From assembly GCA_038496445.1 (NCBI GenBank), contig JALMLS010000015.1, positions 434,001 to 498,000 on the forward strand: DNA of 64,000 nt. Direction: 5' to 3'. Shown here one piece after another: positions 51,364-63,613 of this stretch; position 1 is the stretch's first letter, and each line of letters begins with the position of its first letter. This stretch comes from Trichosphaerium sp. ATCC 40318. Lineage: Eukaryota; Protista; Tubulinea. Position numbers and translations under genes: made by a program. Under the pieces are notes generated by a model that saw nothing but the letters and a program-made list of their open reading frames with translations, was not told the origin of the DNA and did not search any database.

Positions 51364-52386
51364 GTCTCATTCAAGTTTGCAGACAGACTGTCCACCAACA
51401 GGAACTATAACAGAATAGAATAGAATTTCAAGTCCCTCATATACCATGCTAACGCGAGTGCTATTTATGCCAACATCATCATGTGATTTTCAAATAAGCT
51501 GGGTAAACGATTAGCGAAAACCAGATACATGGCAGGAAGCTCACAATAGATACGTACTCTAGCAAGGCACTTGGTATTAACAATAGCGCTCTCACAACAT
51601 CAACTGGCGTTATAACATGAAAACCTCATGAAATGAAAATATTGTCTGTGTCATTCAAGTTTTACTAATATTGTCTAGAAAGTAGCACTTTTAGCAGATC
51701 TAGCAAAAATTGACACTTCTGTCAAATGATGTAGATCTATCACAATGTGAACTATTTGCGTTACTACGTTGTCCTTCATAGTGACTTACGTACCTTAAGT
51801 AATAACAAACTTTTCAATGTCAGTTTCAATAGATGGAAGATGATCGCAGTATTTTACCTACGCAAACTGTACACGGTACGATCAAACCACAGAAGTGCTC
51901 ATGAGCTAGAAATCGAATTAAAAAGGTATGATGTCCCACAAAGCTATCGCATTACTGCCAAACACAGTATGAATGCCTCAAACACTGTTTGCAGTATGTT
52001 TTGCTTCAAAAAATCAACGTACATGTACAACTTACTAGCGTTACGCTAGCGCCTACCACGCTACTAGAAGTGCCATGGTAGCATCCAAATAGCAATGAAG
52101 GTTTAACAAAGTCAAAACCGCCCCAAAACACCACCAGTGTTGCTGTAGGCTTTGTAAATGCTGCTAGGTGTCAAAATATGTAAATAAAAAAAATTGCTAT
52201 GAGGTTTGTTAAATCACGTGGTTTGAAACGGTTGGATTCACTCGACAGGCGTGAGGGTAGCTCACATTTAAAAAATTACAATTTGCAAGATCTGTCAGAA
52301 GTGCCAAATCCGTCAGATCTGACAGATCGGGCAGAAACTGGATTTTTTTTGCTAAAAGTCAGTCTGTCTCAAAACTTGAATGAAAC
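51364..52386. mobile_element. Putative non-autonomous DNA transposon relic with 27-bp imperfect terminal inverted repeats
   Basis: GTCTCATTCAAGTTTGCAGACAGACTG (51364-51390) vs reverse complement of 52360-52386: 24/27 matches. Non-coding interior; no clear target-site duplication. Confidence 0.4.
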
Positions 52387-52649
52387 AGACAATAGTTCAC
52401 AAAGTTATAGGGTACCAGCTTTCAAACATGCGGTATTGAGGATGCTGTATAATACTTTATTTTTTAAGCTTGTTGTAAAGGAGAAGCTTTTTCATTGTCA
52501 ATTGCGCCATGATGCTAATGAATCTCAAAGTGCTATAAGTATGTATGATCCAATGTTCGATGCAACCACCAAGTACTGATACTGGTGTTGCTACAACTAA
52601 CCAAAAAAACATGACTCCACAAGTGTATCTGAGTTTATTTTTATGTTGT

Positions 52650-53793
52650 TTATTGCTTACTGCTCTTTTTTTTTGTTTTTTTTTTTGGTTTGGTATGATT
52701 GGATCCACTTGTGCTTTGTTCCGACTCATTATTCTGATTTTGCTCTTCTTGTTTTTTCACAATGTTTGCCATAATTTTAGATGACAATAATTCAATGGCT
52801 TCTGTCACTACAAAATCAAATTATTAAACTAGTTCATGCGTAGATAAAGATCATACCATTTATTGAGTCCTTGGATGATGTCTCTAAGAACTCCATCTTG
52901 TGAGTATCAGCAAACGCCTGAAACAGTATGTGAGTGTTAAACAAAATGAGACCACAGATGATTCCAAGTATTACTGAGTTTTTTACCTTGGCAGTATCAG
53001 TATCAATAACACGGCGATCTGTTAGATCGCATTTAGTTCCCACAAGTATTTTTTGGAGGTCGTCTCCCGCATATCTTTCAATCTCTTGCATCCACCTGGC
53101 CAAATTATCAAAAGTCTCTTGGCGTGTTATGTCGTAAGTTATCATAACACCATGATAAACTCTATAGGGACTGCGTTTGCCGAAAAAATGACGAAATCTT
53201 TCTTGGCCTTAAAAAAACAGTGTGATAAAGGGTAGTACAGTGCCATAAAGAAGCGTACCACAAATATCGTAAACATGTAGCCTAAGAATCTTTTCGTCTT
53301 CTATCTTGATATCTTTTATTTTCTAAACGTAGAAAGTTAAAGACAAACCATTGTCACGTGATTTAATTCGAACAAAAAAGTAGTTACACAAAGGGTAAAA
53401 ACATAAGAGTTCTTTTGTTATTGTAAAACTGTGTACTTTTTCTCCTTCGCCAACGGAGGATATGAATGCTTCCGTAAATGTGTCATCAGCGAATCTAAGC
53501 ACGAGACTACTTTTCCCAACAGCAGAATCTCCAATTGGTGCTATGTTGAATAAATAATCGCTTTGGTTAACAAGAAGTGTCAGTAAATAGAGATACACAT
53601 GAACTGAGTGTCTTACTATTCTTTTGGAGCCTCTTTGATATCATTGGTAGGTTTTGAAGGCGCTATGTGCGCTGTTAGTTCATCAAAATCGACAGCAACT
53701 GCATTATATAAAAGGGAAATAGAACAAAATTCAGTTTTAGCTACCTGGAGTGGTAGCTGCGGGTTTTACTTCTTTACTGCTTTTATCGCCCAT
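52650..53793 (-). CDS. Divergent Rab1-like small GTPase with N-terminal extension
   Basis: EYDYLF, GDSAVGKSSLVLRFADDTFTE, YDICGQERFR, LVGTKCDL, FLETSSK. The C-terminal exon is uncertain. Confidence 0.85.
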
Positions 53794-55564
53794 GTCTCTG
53801 CTAATTATAGGCAACGATATGGGGTATACGAAAGGTAGGTACGTGGAGAGTAGTGCACAAGTAATTCATGCGTTTGATAACCGTTTGCTTAACCTGTTTT
53901 TAAATGAACACGTGACGTAATAACCGCCCATACGATAGCCAAATCAAGTGAATGTTTCTATTAAGAGGTGGTGACAATATATGTTTTGGATAATTTGAAA
54001 AGTAAGCTTACTGTTCCACAAATGCCCAATGAAAATAAGATACCTGGCACAATTACTTCGTTTTCGTCAGTACAATCTGACCTCCAAAAACCGAAATAAA
54101 ATATCTAAAAAGAAACACGTGCGATGTTGGAAAGTCAACCATATTAACAAAACGACGTTGGTAATCGAAGACCTATTTTATGAACACCAGCCAATTTTTT
54201 AACGCATGTACCTGTTAATTCAAACAACGATCAAGATATGAAAAAACAATATTTCTTAAATGCTTGTTCCATTTCACATGCAACCCAAATTTCAATTGGT
54301 ATGAGATTGAAAGTGTGACTCAAAAACCCTTTCCAGGCGATTCTCACTTCTAATTGTGATACAATTGTTTTAATATGATTAAAACAGTTATTTATTTCTC
54401 AGGTTTGCAAGTCATAGTCAATGAGGTTGTTGGTTTGTTGATTGGTTATAGAAAAAAGAAAAAATTGGAGAGAACACCTTCCGTTGCAGGAAAGACCACC
54501 TGGCATAAAAACATGATTCCCGCATACATAGCCCCTTTATCCTCCGCTAACATAGTTCCACAATTATCGCTACACCTCTTTGTCTTTCTCCACCTTTGCC
54601 AACCTTTCTAGCTCCTTTCGTTTTGTATTTTTGCATCCTGTATGTAATGTTAATCATGATGCCTCCTCTGCATTTTACTTGGTCAACTAAGGATGTCTTC
54701 AACCTTCTTAGCCATCCCATGAGTTTTGCAACTTTAAGTCATCACTTAAGTAACAGTCCCAATTACAACCTTACAATTCAACGCAAATGGGTACTACATG
54801 GGCAAGCAGTGTTCGCACTCAAGAGTATGACATCGTAATAGATATTGATGATGTGTCAAAAGGTGACGTACCTTACGCTACCTTTTGGCAGTTATTGTAG
54901 TTAAAGCTTTGAAGGGCACCTTGGATGGCCAATATTTGTTTCTAAACGAATATTTGAGAAGCAACGTCAAATAATAACAGCAGAGTACACCGAAGAAGGC
55001 AAGCACAAATACAACACCCACGCGTACTGGTTAACTGTAGATTGATTAATACTGTTAAAAGGTAGCGAACAGTTTCATGACGCTGTAGACCACATAGGCG
55101 AAGTACTAAAACAGCTGGAAGACTCATTAGGATACCCTAACATGGTATGGTCACTACAGTTGGAGTTGACCTATATTTTCATAAAAAGATCAATTTTTAG
55201 TTCTTTCATAACTCGTACCCTAAACCATTTCCACACCGTATACCCAAAATATTTCCAAGCCTCACACCAATGGCTACGGCTTGATCTTTTTTGTTCATAT
55301 CACGGGCCAACTCCGTCCCACGTGTGAACCGCTAGCCACAAAATATACACACTCTATTTCAGAGTTTTGGACCTTATGAGAAGTTAAATTATAATTTGAG
55401 CTGACGTGCAAAACCATGCCAGTGAGCAGCCCTAATAATGTAAGTCCCACAAATACCCCTTGGAATGTAGTGTTAACAACAAACAGGTTTTATTTGACTA
55501 TTTATTTAATTATCTATCTAACAACAAGCACATGTTTCTTTACTTTTTTTTGGTGATGACCCTT

Positions 55565-57117
55565 TTATTCTTTTCCAGACCAATGCGAAATCAATAAATA
55601 AAAGGTGTTTGCAAAGTACCTGAACCAACCATATAAAATATTACAAAACATCTGTAATGGAAAAACAAGTGTGTTGAATGATCTTATCAATAAACCACTA
55701 CTTTGAGTACCAGTTTTCTTGTTGGTACCAAACTGTTTTTTCCTTCTTGTATTTATCATGCCAAACCATCTCTTTACCTCAGCATCTGCCTCTGCAGCGG
55801 GCTTTCCAGTCTCAACCCATTCTTTCTTGCTTATTAGCTTACCATCAACCCACATGCTTAATGATCTAAGTTGTCCATTTTCATGCCATTCCTTTCTTTC
55901 GCCGTTTTGTTTACCATTAACCCAAGTGGCTTGAGACCTGATTTGTCCGGCTGAATGCCAATCTTTGTATTCACCATGCAGTTCACCTTTGATGTAGGTG
56001 CTGTATTCTTTCAGTTGTCCATCTTCATACCACTCCTTTCTTACACCATCTATTTTATCATTGACCCAAGTTTCTTGAGAAATGAGTTGTCCGTTTTTGG
56101 ACCAGCTTTTGGTTTCACCATGCTTTTCACCATTGATAAATGGGATAGATGCAATAAGCTGTCCGTTTTCATACCATATTTTAGATTCACCATGTTGTTT
56201 GTTATCAACAAACATACACCAACACGCAAGTTGTCCATTTTCATGCCACTCCTTTCTTTCGCCGTTTTCTTTACCATTGATCCAAGTACTTTGAGCTTTA
56301 AGTTGTCCGTTTTCATGCCACTCCTTACCTTCACCATATATCTCACCATTATTAAGTACATAATCGACCTTAAGTCGGCATTTTCATACCACTCCTTTCT
56401 TTCACCATTTGGTTTACCATTGATCCAAGTGCTATGAGCTTTAACTTGTCCATTTTCATGCCACTCCTTTCGTTCACCATTTTGTATACCATTGTTCCAA
56501 GTGCTTTGAGCTTCAAGTTGCCCGTTTTTATACCACTGCTTAGCTTTGCCGTTTGGTTTACCATCAATCGCTGTGCCACGTGCCATGAGTTGGCCATTTT
56601 CATGCCACTCCTTAACTTTGCCGTTCTGTTTACCATTGACATAATTACTTTGAGATGATAGTTGCCCGTTTTCATACCACGCCTTAACTTCGCCGTTTTG
56701 TTTACCATTGACCCAAGTGATTTGAGATTTGAGGTGTCCGTTTTCATACCAGTGGGTAAATTCGCCATTTTGTTCGCCTTTGACACAGTTGCCTTGAAAA
56801 TTAAGTTGTCCGTTTTTATACCACTCTTTGACTTCTCCTTCTATTTTGCCATCGACCAACATCCATTGCGACCCAAGTTGCCCATTCTCATGCCAATATT
56901 GACATAATCCAGTTTTGCCATGTTCGTGGGAACAAACTTTTCCGCTTTTATACCATCTGATCCATTTTCCTTTCCGTTCTAATGACTCATCAAAATGAGT
57001 GTTGATTGCTGCTCTCCTCGACAATGTATGGAACTTTGTGAATGTTTTCGAGTTGAAAGTACAGATGTACTGTTGGATATCACATGGAAGATCCAACAAA
57101 GTCAAAGAAGACGACAT
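55565..57117 (-). pseudogene. F-box-like + about 15 MORN-variant repeats, frameshifted (pseudogene or sequencing error)
   Basis: LLDLPCDIQQYICTF...AAINTHFDESLERKGKWIRW parallels the 11123 gene. The repeats switch frame at about 56379; adding one base restores ENGRLKVDYVLNNGEIYGE. Confidence 0.8.
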
Positions 57118-59568
57118 TGTAAGTTCAAAAAAACTAAACAAGCGTTAGAACTGAGAAGTTAAATGGTAAACCGTATGTGCTTTTGCACAATTGTTCTCAG
57201 GGTACAGAACACGAAAAGGTCAAAAATCAAATAAATCCAAAAAAAAAAAGAAACTGCACATGAGACTGTTTTCGACACGTGCTCGGCTATTTACTGTAAA
57301 GAAGGCTGTTGCTAATGTGTATTTTGTTGACCGAAAGCAAGGTAGGTACCAAATGAGTTCACAATTTAAAGTGAGTTTAGAATGTAATATCTAATCTTGG
57401 CGTTTCTACTGCTGAATGAAGGCCTGTGTTTCTGTTGGTAGAATAGATATCCGTTCAATAATTAAAACAAAACGTAAGAATGTATGATTTAAGGGTCCGG
57501 GTTTTTAGAGCAGCGTTGACTTGTTTGTTTTTCTTTTTGTTCGCTCCTAACTCCTTGATGTGTGCTGTAATCCTGGTGGTGCTCATGATGTACGTCTGGC
57601 TACAAGCTGAGGTATGTAAATCGTTAAAACATTTTGCTGTTTCGCTAAAAAAAATCAAAATTTACTGGATCTCAATCCTACCAAAACCTACCAAGCGCTC
57701 ATAGGTCTGACAGGTATGAGCGCAATATTTTAAACCATGTCCCAACTTTTGACGTACCGCAGTGTACCGCATTTGTCAGACAAGCAAAATACTTTTTTTT
57801 TTTTACTCAATCACAAATTCTAATCACGTGCATAAATTTCTCTCATTTTTGTTTATACAGCATTGTTAACATCTTGTACCTTGTTTAGGTCATTTTTACA
57901 CAAAAGGCTTCGAATGTGTTCAGCAAGAACTGACTTGTTTCCACCCAAAACTGCTTTTTTTGTCTTTGACGCATTTCTGTACCAATCACCATTGGTTTGA
58001 GAGATAGAATTTTTTTTTTTAACCCAGAACCGGGGTGTTAAGTGAAATTAAGTCACACCATTGGCAGCGGGATCACTACTAGACACTTACACAATAGTTG
58101 TGTTTAAGTCATTGGGGTATAGGTACTCTAAGTGTTTTAGTCACAGCAATTAAATAAACTAAGTGTGTACCACAAGGTAACATTCAGTAAACCATTTTAA
58201 TAGCAACTATTGTCTACGTGGTCAAAGGCACTATTCAATGAACAACAAGTAACAGTATCATAACACATGTGTACAATGGCTTCCAACGCCCTGATTGTAT
58301 CATTTTCTAAATAAACAACTGGTATAGGTAGTCTAAGGCTTTACCACCATTGACCATTGGCAGCGAGTTTGTTTTGCTTTTTTAGTGATGTTTTTTTTTT
58401 GTTTTGTTGCCTCATGTTGCCTAGTAAACTGTGATCTGGTATCACAGTTTGCGTCTATTGAGGGATCACTTGTACCTTTTTCTATTAAGTCGTTTGGGTA
58501 TAGGTATGCTAACTGTGTTAAGTTACCGGACCCTTAAGTGTAGGGAAGGGTTTTTAGATCGCCTTTTGGCGAATAAGTACATTGATTTCTTAACCATTGT
58601 ACAGTTTGAGAATAACAATGCGTTCACGGTTTATGTTACAAATGTTGTGTTGTGGTACCGTACTTACGTTATTCCTTGTTGCGTGTGATACCTTTTTGTA
58701 TTGGTCTTTAACTTAACTGAGTTTAGCTTGCGTAACAAGTGACCTTGGAATACAAGCCTGCGTGCACCCAACGACACTTCAAAACCTCTTGATGATAGCG
58801 AAGGAATACCTAGTCCAGTATATGCCTTTTTAAAGAAATAGACATTAACAATTATTCAAGATAAAGCATCCAATGAAGTCCTTGCATTCAAAACATTTTT
58901 ACTTCTTCGCCATGACATACTGTAACACCGCCGTTAGTGTACTGAACAGGTAGCACCGTGACTTGTATCTAATATGTTCGAGCTCCTTTTTTCAAGTGAC
59001 AGCAAAGCAGCCTTCATGTAACTAATAAACTGTCACGCGAGGTCTAGTTTATTAGAAGGGTCCAACACGTCAACGACTAAAAAACCAACAGGTGGTTACA
59101 CAATAATCTAAAGAAACAGGCGGTCGTTGAAATCCGTAGTTGAACCCATGAGTTTCGCGACATCATGTAAGATACTGTGTGTATAGTAAGACACCATTGA
59201 AAAGTGATTTTGGCTTTCAGAAACTGTTGACCATTCGAATGAAAATTATCAACAAGCACGTTTTTCAGGTTTTTTCGAATTTACGGCCATGTGATAGTTT
59301 TTGCTTACTAGTACGTATGTGGTACGTTTCACAGCACTGTGTCTACTTGTTTCCGTAATATGAAGTTGTTAGCACACATTTGTGAACCACAACGAATTTT
59401 GTTTTAGTTTTCAACTACTTAGCAAAAAGTTCTCAATACAATCAAAGGTCATCCTGGGCATGAAAGGACCCAGTAGCAGCTTTCAATTTCTTTTTTTACA
59501 AGATTTACGTTGTTGCAGTTGGCTGTGAGAAAACGGAAGAAACGTTATGTCACAACATCTCTAATTAA

Positions 59569-61102
59569 CTCATTACGCGTAACAAAAAAAAAAGTTACGC
59601 GTAACAAATTTTTCCTGGTCAAGTGACTCAGTGTCCTTGTTTTATTTTTTTTTGAGAAACGCCATATACGTTTTAATCATGCCTACAAGTGCAGGATATA
59701 CTTTGATGCGATCATGGAATTTGTGAACAAGCCAGCAAAGTCAGCTGACTGATTCCAATTTTAGTGGGTTTTTTCGGTATTTGTTTCAAAGTTTGCAATA
59801 ATATTCCATCTTTTGTCCAAGCATTGTTGTTTATATATACAACACATAAAATAGAATGGTATTAAACAAACCTCATTAAACTTGAAGTTTTTTAGTGTAA
59901 TGACAGAATTGACAGACACCTCAAAAATTGTTGAGATTGTTTTTTTTTATTTTTGCAAAGTTGTCGCATGTACTACACAGACTCTTGAATAAATTTTTTA
60001 GTAATTTCACTTTCTAGCGTCTTTATATTGCTTATATATGAGTTCTAGGTGTAAAATGTTTGTTACAGTTAGCTACAAACAGGTTCAGAAAATGTTTTTT
60101 TGTATCTTTTGTGTGTTTGTAACTATTCATTTTTATGCTAATATTGTGCACTTAGTCAATATTGATCATTTGATCGTCTGAAATACAGCATCTCCTTCAA
60201 CTAACACCATCTTTTTTAAAGGTACCTATTGGTGATAGCATTTTTCGGATTGTTTTTTGAGTGTCCAACAAAAAAAAAATACAATTTATTCAGAATTATA
60301 AAACGTCACCATAACACAAGGCCTTTGCAAGTACAAGATGTATTTGATCATGATCAGGACACTTGGATACTATATTGTAATATGTGATGGCTACAGGGAT
60401 GTCATTGTCATTTTCATAATTCCCGTAATCATTCGATAGTTTTGCTCTATACACTGCCCAGGCATTGAAGTACTCCATTTAGTTTGATTAGCATGATCAA
60501 CAACATCAAAGTGAGTTGTATAAAATGAATGTATCACAGCTGAACAGCCCAAAAACTAGCTTAATATGGATATTAAAGCTGTTTTCAAAAGTAGGATCAC
60601 GTGCCTTTAAAAGTCTATCAATTAACTCTGACTTATTACCAACCACTCAAACACTGTCTTTGCATTGTATTGGAACTCCCAGTTTTGCTACTGGGTTTAG
60701 AGACATGCTCAATTTCGGGGAAAGAAAATTTGCTCATATGTCAAAACTCGCCAACCTTCATCAATAACTTTGTTTACTTTCAATCTGCTCTGTCGTTTGC
60801 ATTTGTCTCTTCCTGTTGGCTTTTAGATTGTTTTATGTCTGAATGCGCGATATTTTAGCGATTTTAGGCTATCACCTGCTCCTGCGTCCGGCTGACACAT
60901 TCAAGCAGTAATTGACGCGTAGCAACACGGCGTTTACGCGATTTCATGATTGTGTAACGGTTTGCGTTTTATTTTGCGTGAAGCGACTTTTAAACTATTG
61001 GAATAGGTAACAAATGTAGCGGTATTAATGTTGTCATGGTCAACAGGGGTTTTTATTAAAATTTGTTACGCGTAATTTTTTTTTTTGTTACGAATTACGA
61101 GA
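59569..61102 (-). mobile_element. Degenerate piggyBac-like DNA transposon (about 1.5 kb)
   Basis: TTAA at 59565-59568 and 61103-61106; about 43-bp imperfect inverted ends CTC...CGTAAC(A)n.TTACGCGTAACAAATTTT. Broken internal frames GNKSELIDRLL (SAP-like), HSFYTTHFDVVDHANQ and YFNAWAVY resemble the piggyBac transposase third-Asp region. Confidence 0.65.
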
Positions 61103-61190
61103 TTAAGAAGTGTATCTTGTGTCACACAAAATCGTAGAAAGTTCATGTTAAGTTCGCTTCCTCAAGCATTGCTAGATTTGAACACAACCA

Positions 61191-61730
61191 ATGCATCTCT
61201 CTTTGCTCGTAGTTTGCTTGTTATCTCTAAACCTTGCTGTTGCAAGCAAAAGATGCAACGCTAGACAAACTGAGTCTTGTTTAGCCCATAGCACGTATTG
61301 TTCGCACTACTACGAGACCAACAGCACCAAAAACTATAATTGTTACCTCAACAGATACACACACAATTGCAACGCAGTAGAATCATGCAATATAGCAAAA
61401 AACGTATCTTGCCCCGCTTCTGAGTACTCCTACACCTGTCAGTTTTCTAATGCTCTTGAATGTAATAAGCATTGGGTCCACGCAAATAACGGCGTAGGTC
61501 AAAGATGCACTTGGGACGCAACAAAAAATAGTTGCGACAAACGAGGGCTCATGTGCGATAACTACCTTGGTCAGTGTAACGCATACGAAGTTCCACGATG
61601 CGAACTACAAGAGCAAGAGTATTGCGCAAAGTTTTACATACACGCCACTGGGGCTTTGGCTTACAACTGCCACTGGATTGATGATAAATGTAAAGCTGTA
61701 CTAAAATGTAGTCTTCTACCTGGTCGTTAG
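61191..61730 (+). CDS. Secreted cysteine-rich protein with three internal repeats, intronless
   Basis: Signal peptide MHLSLLVVCLLSLNLAVA; three roughly 50-aa six-Cys units. Confidence 0.8.
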   Translation: MHLSLLVVCLLSLNLAVASKRCNARQTESCLAHSTYCSHYYETNSTKNYNCYLNRYTHNCNAVESCNIAKNVSCPASEYSYTCQFSNALECNKHWVHANNGVGQRCTWDATKNSCDKRGLMCDNYLGQCNAYEVPRCELQEQEYCAKFYIHATGALAYNCHWIDDKCKAVLKCSLLPGR

Positions 61731-62206
61731 AAATAGTGTGACATGCGCCATCAAGATATCTTTAATAAAAAGTTATCCTTTTGGTACTTTTTACGCATTT
61801 GTTAGTTTTATGGTTTGTCATGCAGTCTACCTGTAACATTATGTATTGAGATTGACATTCTGAGAAATATGTTATCGATTTAATCTGGGTCACAAGCAAG
61901 TTTGTGGATAAAACAAGAAATGTACAAAGAGTGGTGGGAAAGAAACAATCCTAATATTTATCTTCCGTTGTATGGACTGAGTTTTTCGGCTTGAGGCGTT
62001 TCGTACTTATTACGTAATGATAACTACTTGTACTAAAGAAACAATTTCAGCACGAGGTACAGTATGAGATTTGACAGAGCCTCCATCAAACATCAACGAG
62101 TACAAGTTAACGTTAATGTAACGGCCAGGAATTGTCATGACATTTAATTAACAATTTGGAATGTGAAAATAGTGCAAGACTATCACTCTTGTTTATTTAG
62201 TACGCA

Positions 62207-63253
62207 ATGTCTCGTAAACTTGACGAACTGAGCCTAGAAGTACAAGCTATCATATTTTCAAGCGTAGAAGAGCAAAGTAAACGCCGTTTAGCGCTTACAT
62301 GCAAATCATTCCATAGCCTAATTTTACAGCTTATTGGGTTCGAAAACATATATTGTACGCTAGAAAACGTTGATTGGATAGCTTCTCAGCCAGGTTTAAA
62401 AAAAAACACGCGCATTTACGTTAAAGAAGACTCCGTAAGCGATGAAATACTCATAAAACTGGCTGGATCACGCAATTTGTATATCGAGGAGGATATGTGC
62501 GACAGTGTAATAACCGACAAAGGTTTTTTGGCTATAGCGAAAGATGTCGAGGTTCTAGTGCTTAGATACGCTTGCCAAGTTACTGATGAAGCGATTAATG
62601 CTTTAAAAAACGTGAAAGACATTCATCTTGTCGGTATGAGTATCACAGACAAGGGAATCAAAGCGCTTGCTGGTGTGCCTAAAGTACGTATAAGAGAGTG
62701 CAGCGAAATTACAGATGAAGGTGTCAAGGCTCTAGCCGGAGCACACACAGTGCACTTGAGAGAGCTTGGACCTATTAATGAAGGTATCAAATCGCTTGCT
62801 GGAGCTTATGAGATTTCATTCCCTCATGGGGTCACGGATGACACTGTGATAGCTTGCGCTGGTCTACACACTGCTGATATACAGTGTTGTGATCTAATAA
62901 CTGATAAATCAGTTAAAGCGCTTGCATTAGGAGGAGTTCATACTATTAATCTAAGACGTTGTCTTTCTGTCACTGATGAAGCTATTATTTGTTTAGCTGA
63001 ACAGAACAAAGTGCATTATATTAATCTTTCTATTTGTGATAACGTTACTGATGTTGGATTGGCTGCGTTGGGTAAAACAAATGTTCATACTGTTATTTTC
63101 GATGAAGCATGGAGTATTACAGATGAAGGTGTCAAACATCTGACTGGTTGTCATTATGTTTCTCTTAATGAATGTAGATTGGTTACAAAAGCATCTATTG
63201 AGTTTTTAAGAGAAGCTGGTGTAAAAGTTAGCACTTATCTTGATGAGGAATAG
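62207..63253 (+). CDS. F-box / cysteine-containing LRR protein, intronless
   Basis: LDELSLEVQAIIFSSV...LALTCKSFH (F-box); repeats of VHTINL..C..(V/I)TD.G(V/I)..LAG. Confidence 0.9.
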   Translation: MSRKLDELSLEVQAIIFSSVEEQSKRRLALTCKSFHSLILQLIGFENIYCTLENVDWIASQPGLKKNTRIYVKEDSVSDEILIKLAGSRNLYIEEDMCDSVITDKGFLAIAKDVEVLVLRYACQVTDEAINALKNVKDIHLVGMSITDKGIKALAGVPKVRIRECSEITDEGVKALAGAHTVHLRELGPINEGIKSLAGAYEISFPHGVTDDTVIACAGLHTADIQCCDLITDKSVKALALGGVHTINLRRCLSVTDEAIICLAEQNKVHYINLSICDNVTDVGLAALGKTNVHTVIFDEAWSITDEGVKHLTGCHYVSLNECRLVTKASIEFLREAGVKVSTYLDEE

Positions 63254-63388
63254 CACGGGAAAATAAACAAATCACGTTTATCAGTTACTAGTTTTATTTA
63301 CATTTTCCACGAATTGGCGACAATTTTTACAGTTATTCTGTAGCGTTGCCCCAAGTATTTATAAAGTATTGCGCTTCCTCAAACGTGT

Positions 63389-63613
63389 TCATACGAGAAA
63401 GAACAGGTTTACGTTTTGTTTGCGTTTTGTGATTTGTAGTTCTTGTCGTTGATTGATCAAGTTGGTGTAAGGGCGTGCGTTGCTGTAATTAGCTCTCAGG
63501 GCGCTAGCAGCTTCGTTGCGTTCTGTGCGTGTAACTCTGCTTGGACCCATCTGATTAAACCAGGCTGCGTTTTCGCGGAGCATTCTCTCTTCTCTTTGGC
63601 CTCTTCTGTTCAT
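63389..63613 (-). CDS. Small basic hypothetical protein
   Basis: 74-aa ORF with higher GC than its flanks and an A-rich leader; no family recognised. Confidence 0.4.
   Translation of the reverse strand: MNRRGQREERMLRENAAWFNQMGPSRVTRTERNEAASALRANYSNARPYTNLINQRQELQITKRKQNVNLFFLV

Noticed and set aside
54400-55400. Retroelement or gene relic on the minus strand (Trp/Cys-containing broken frames)
   Set aside because: No recognisable RT, integrase or transposase motif; too degraded to call.
55800-56900. CRISPR-like or DGR-like repeat array
   Set aside because: The 72-nt period is a protein-coding repeat. There are no unique spacers, cas genes or reverse transcriptase, and I saw no adenine-specific template/variable pair.
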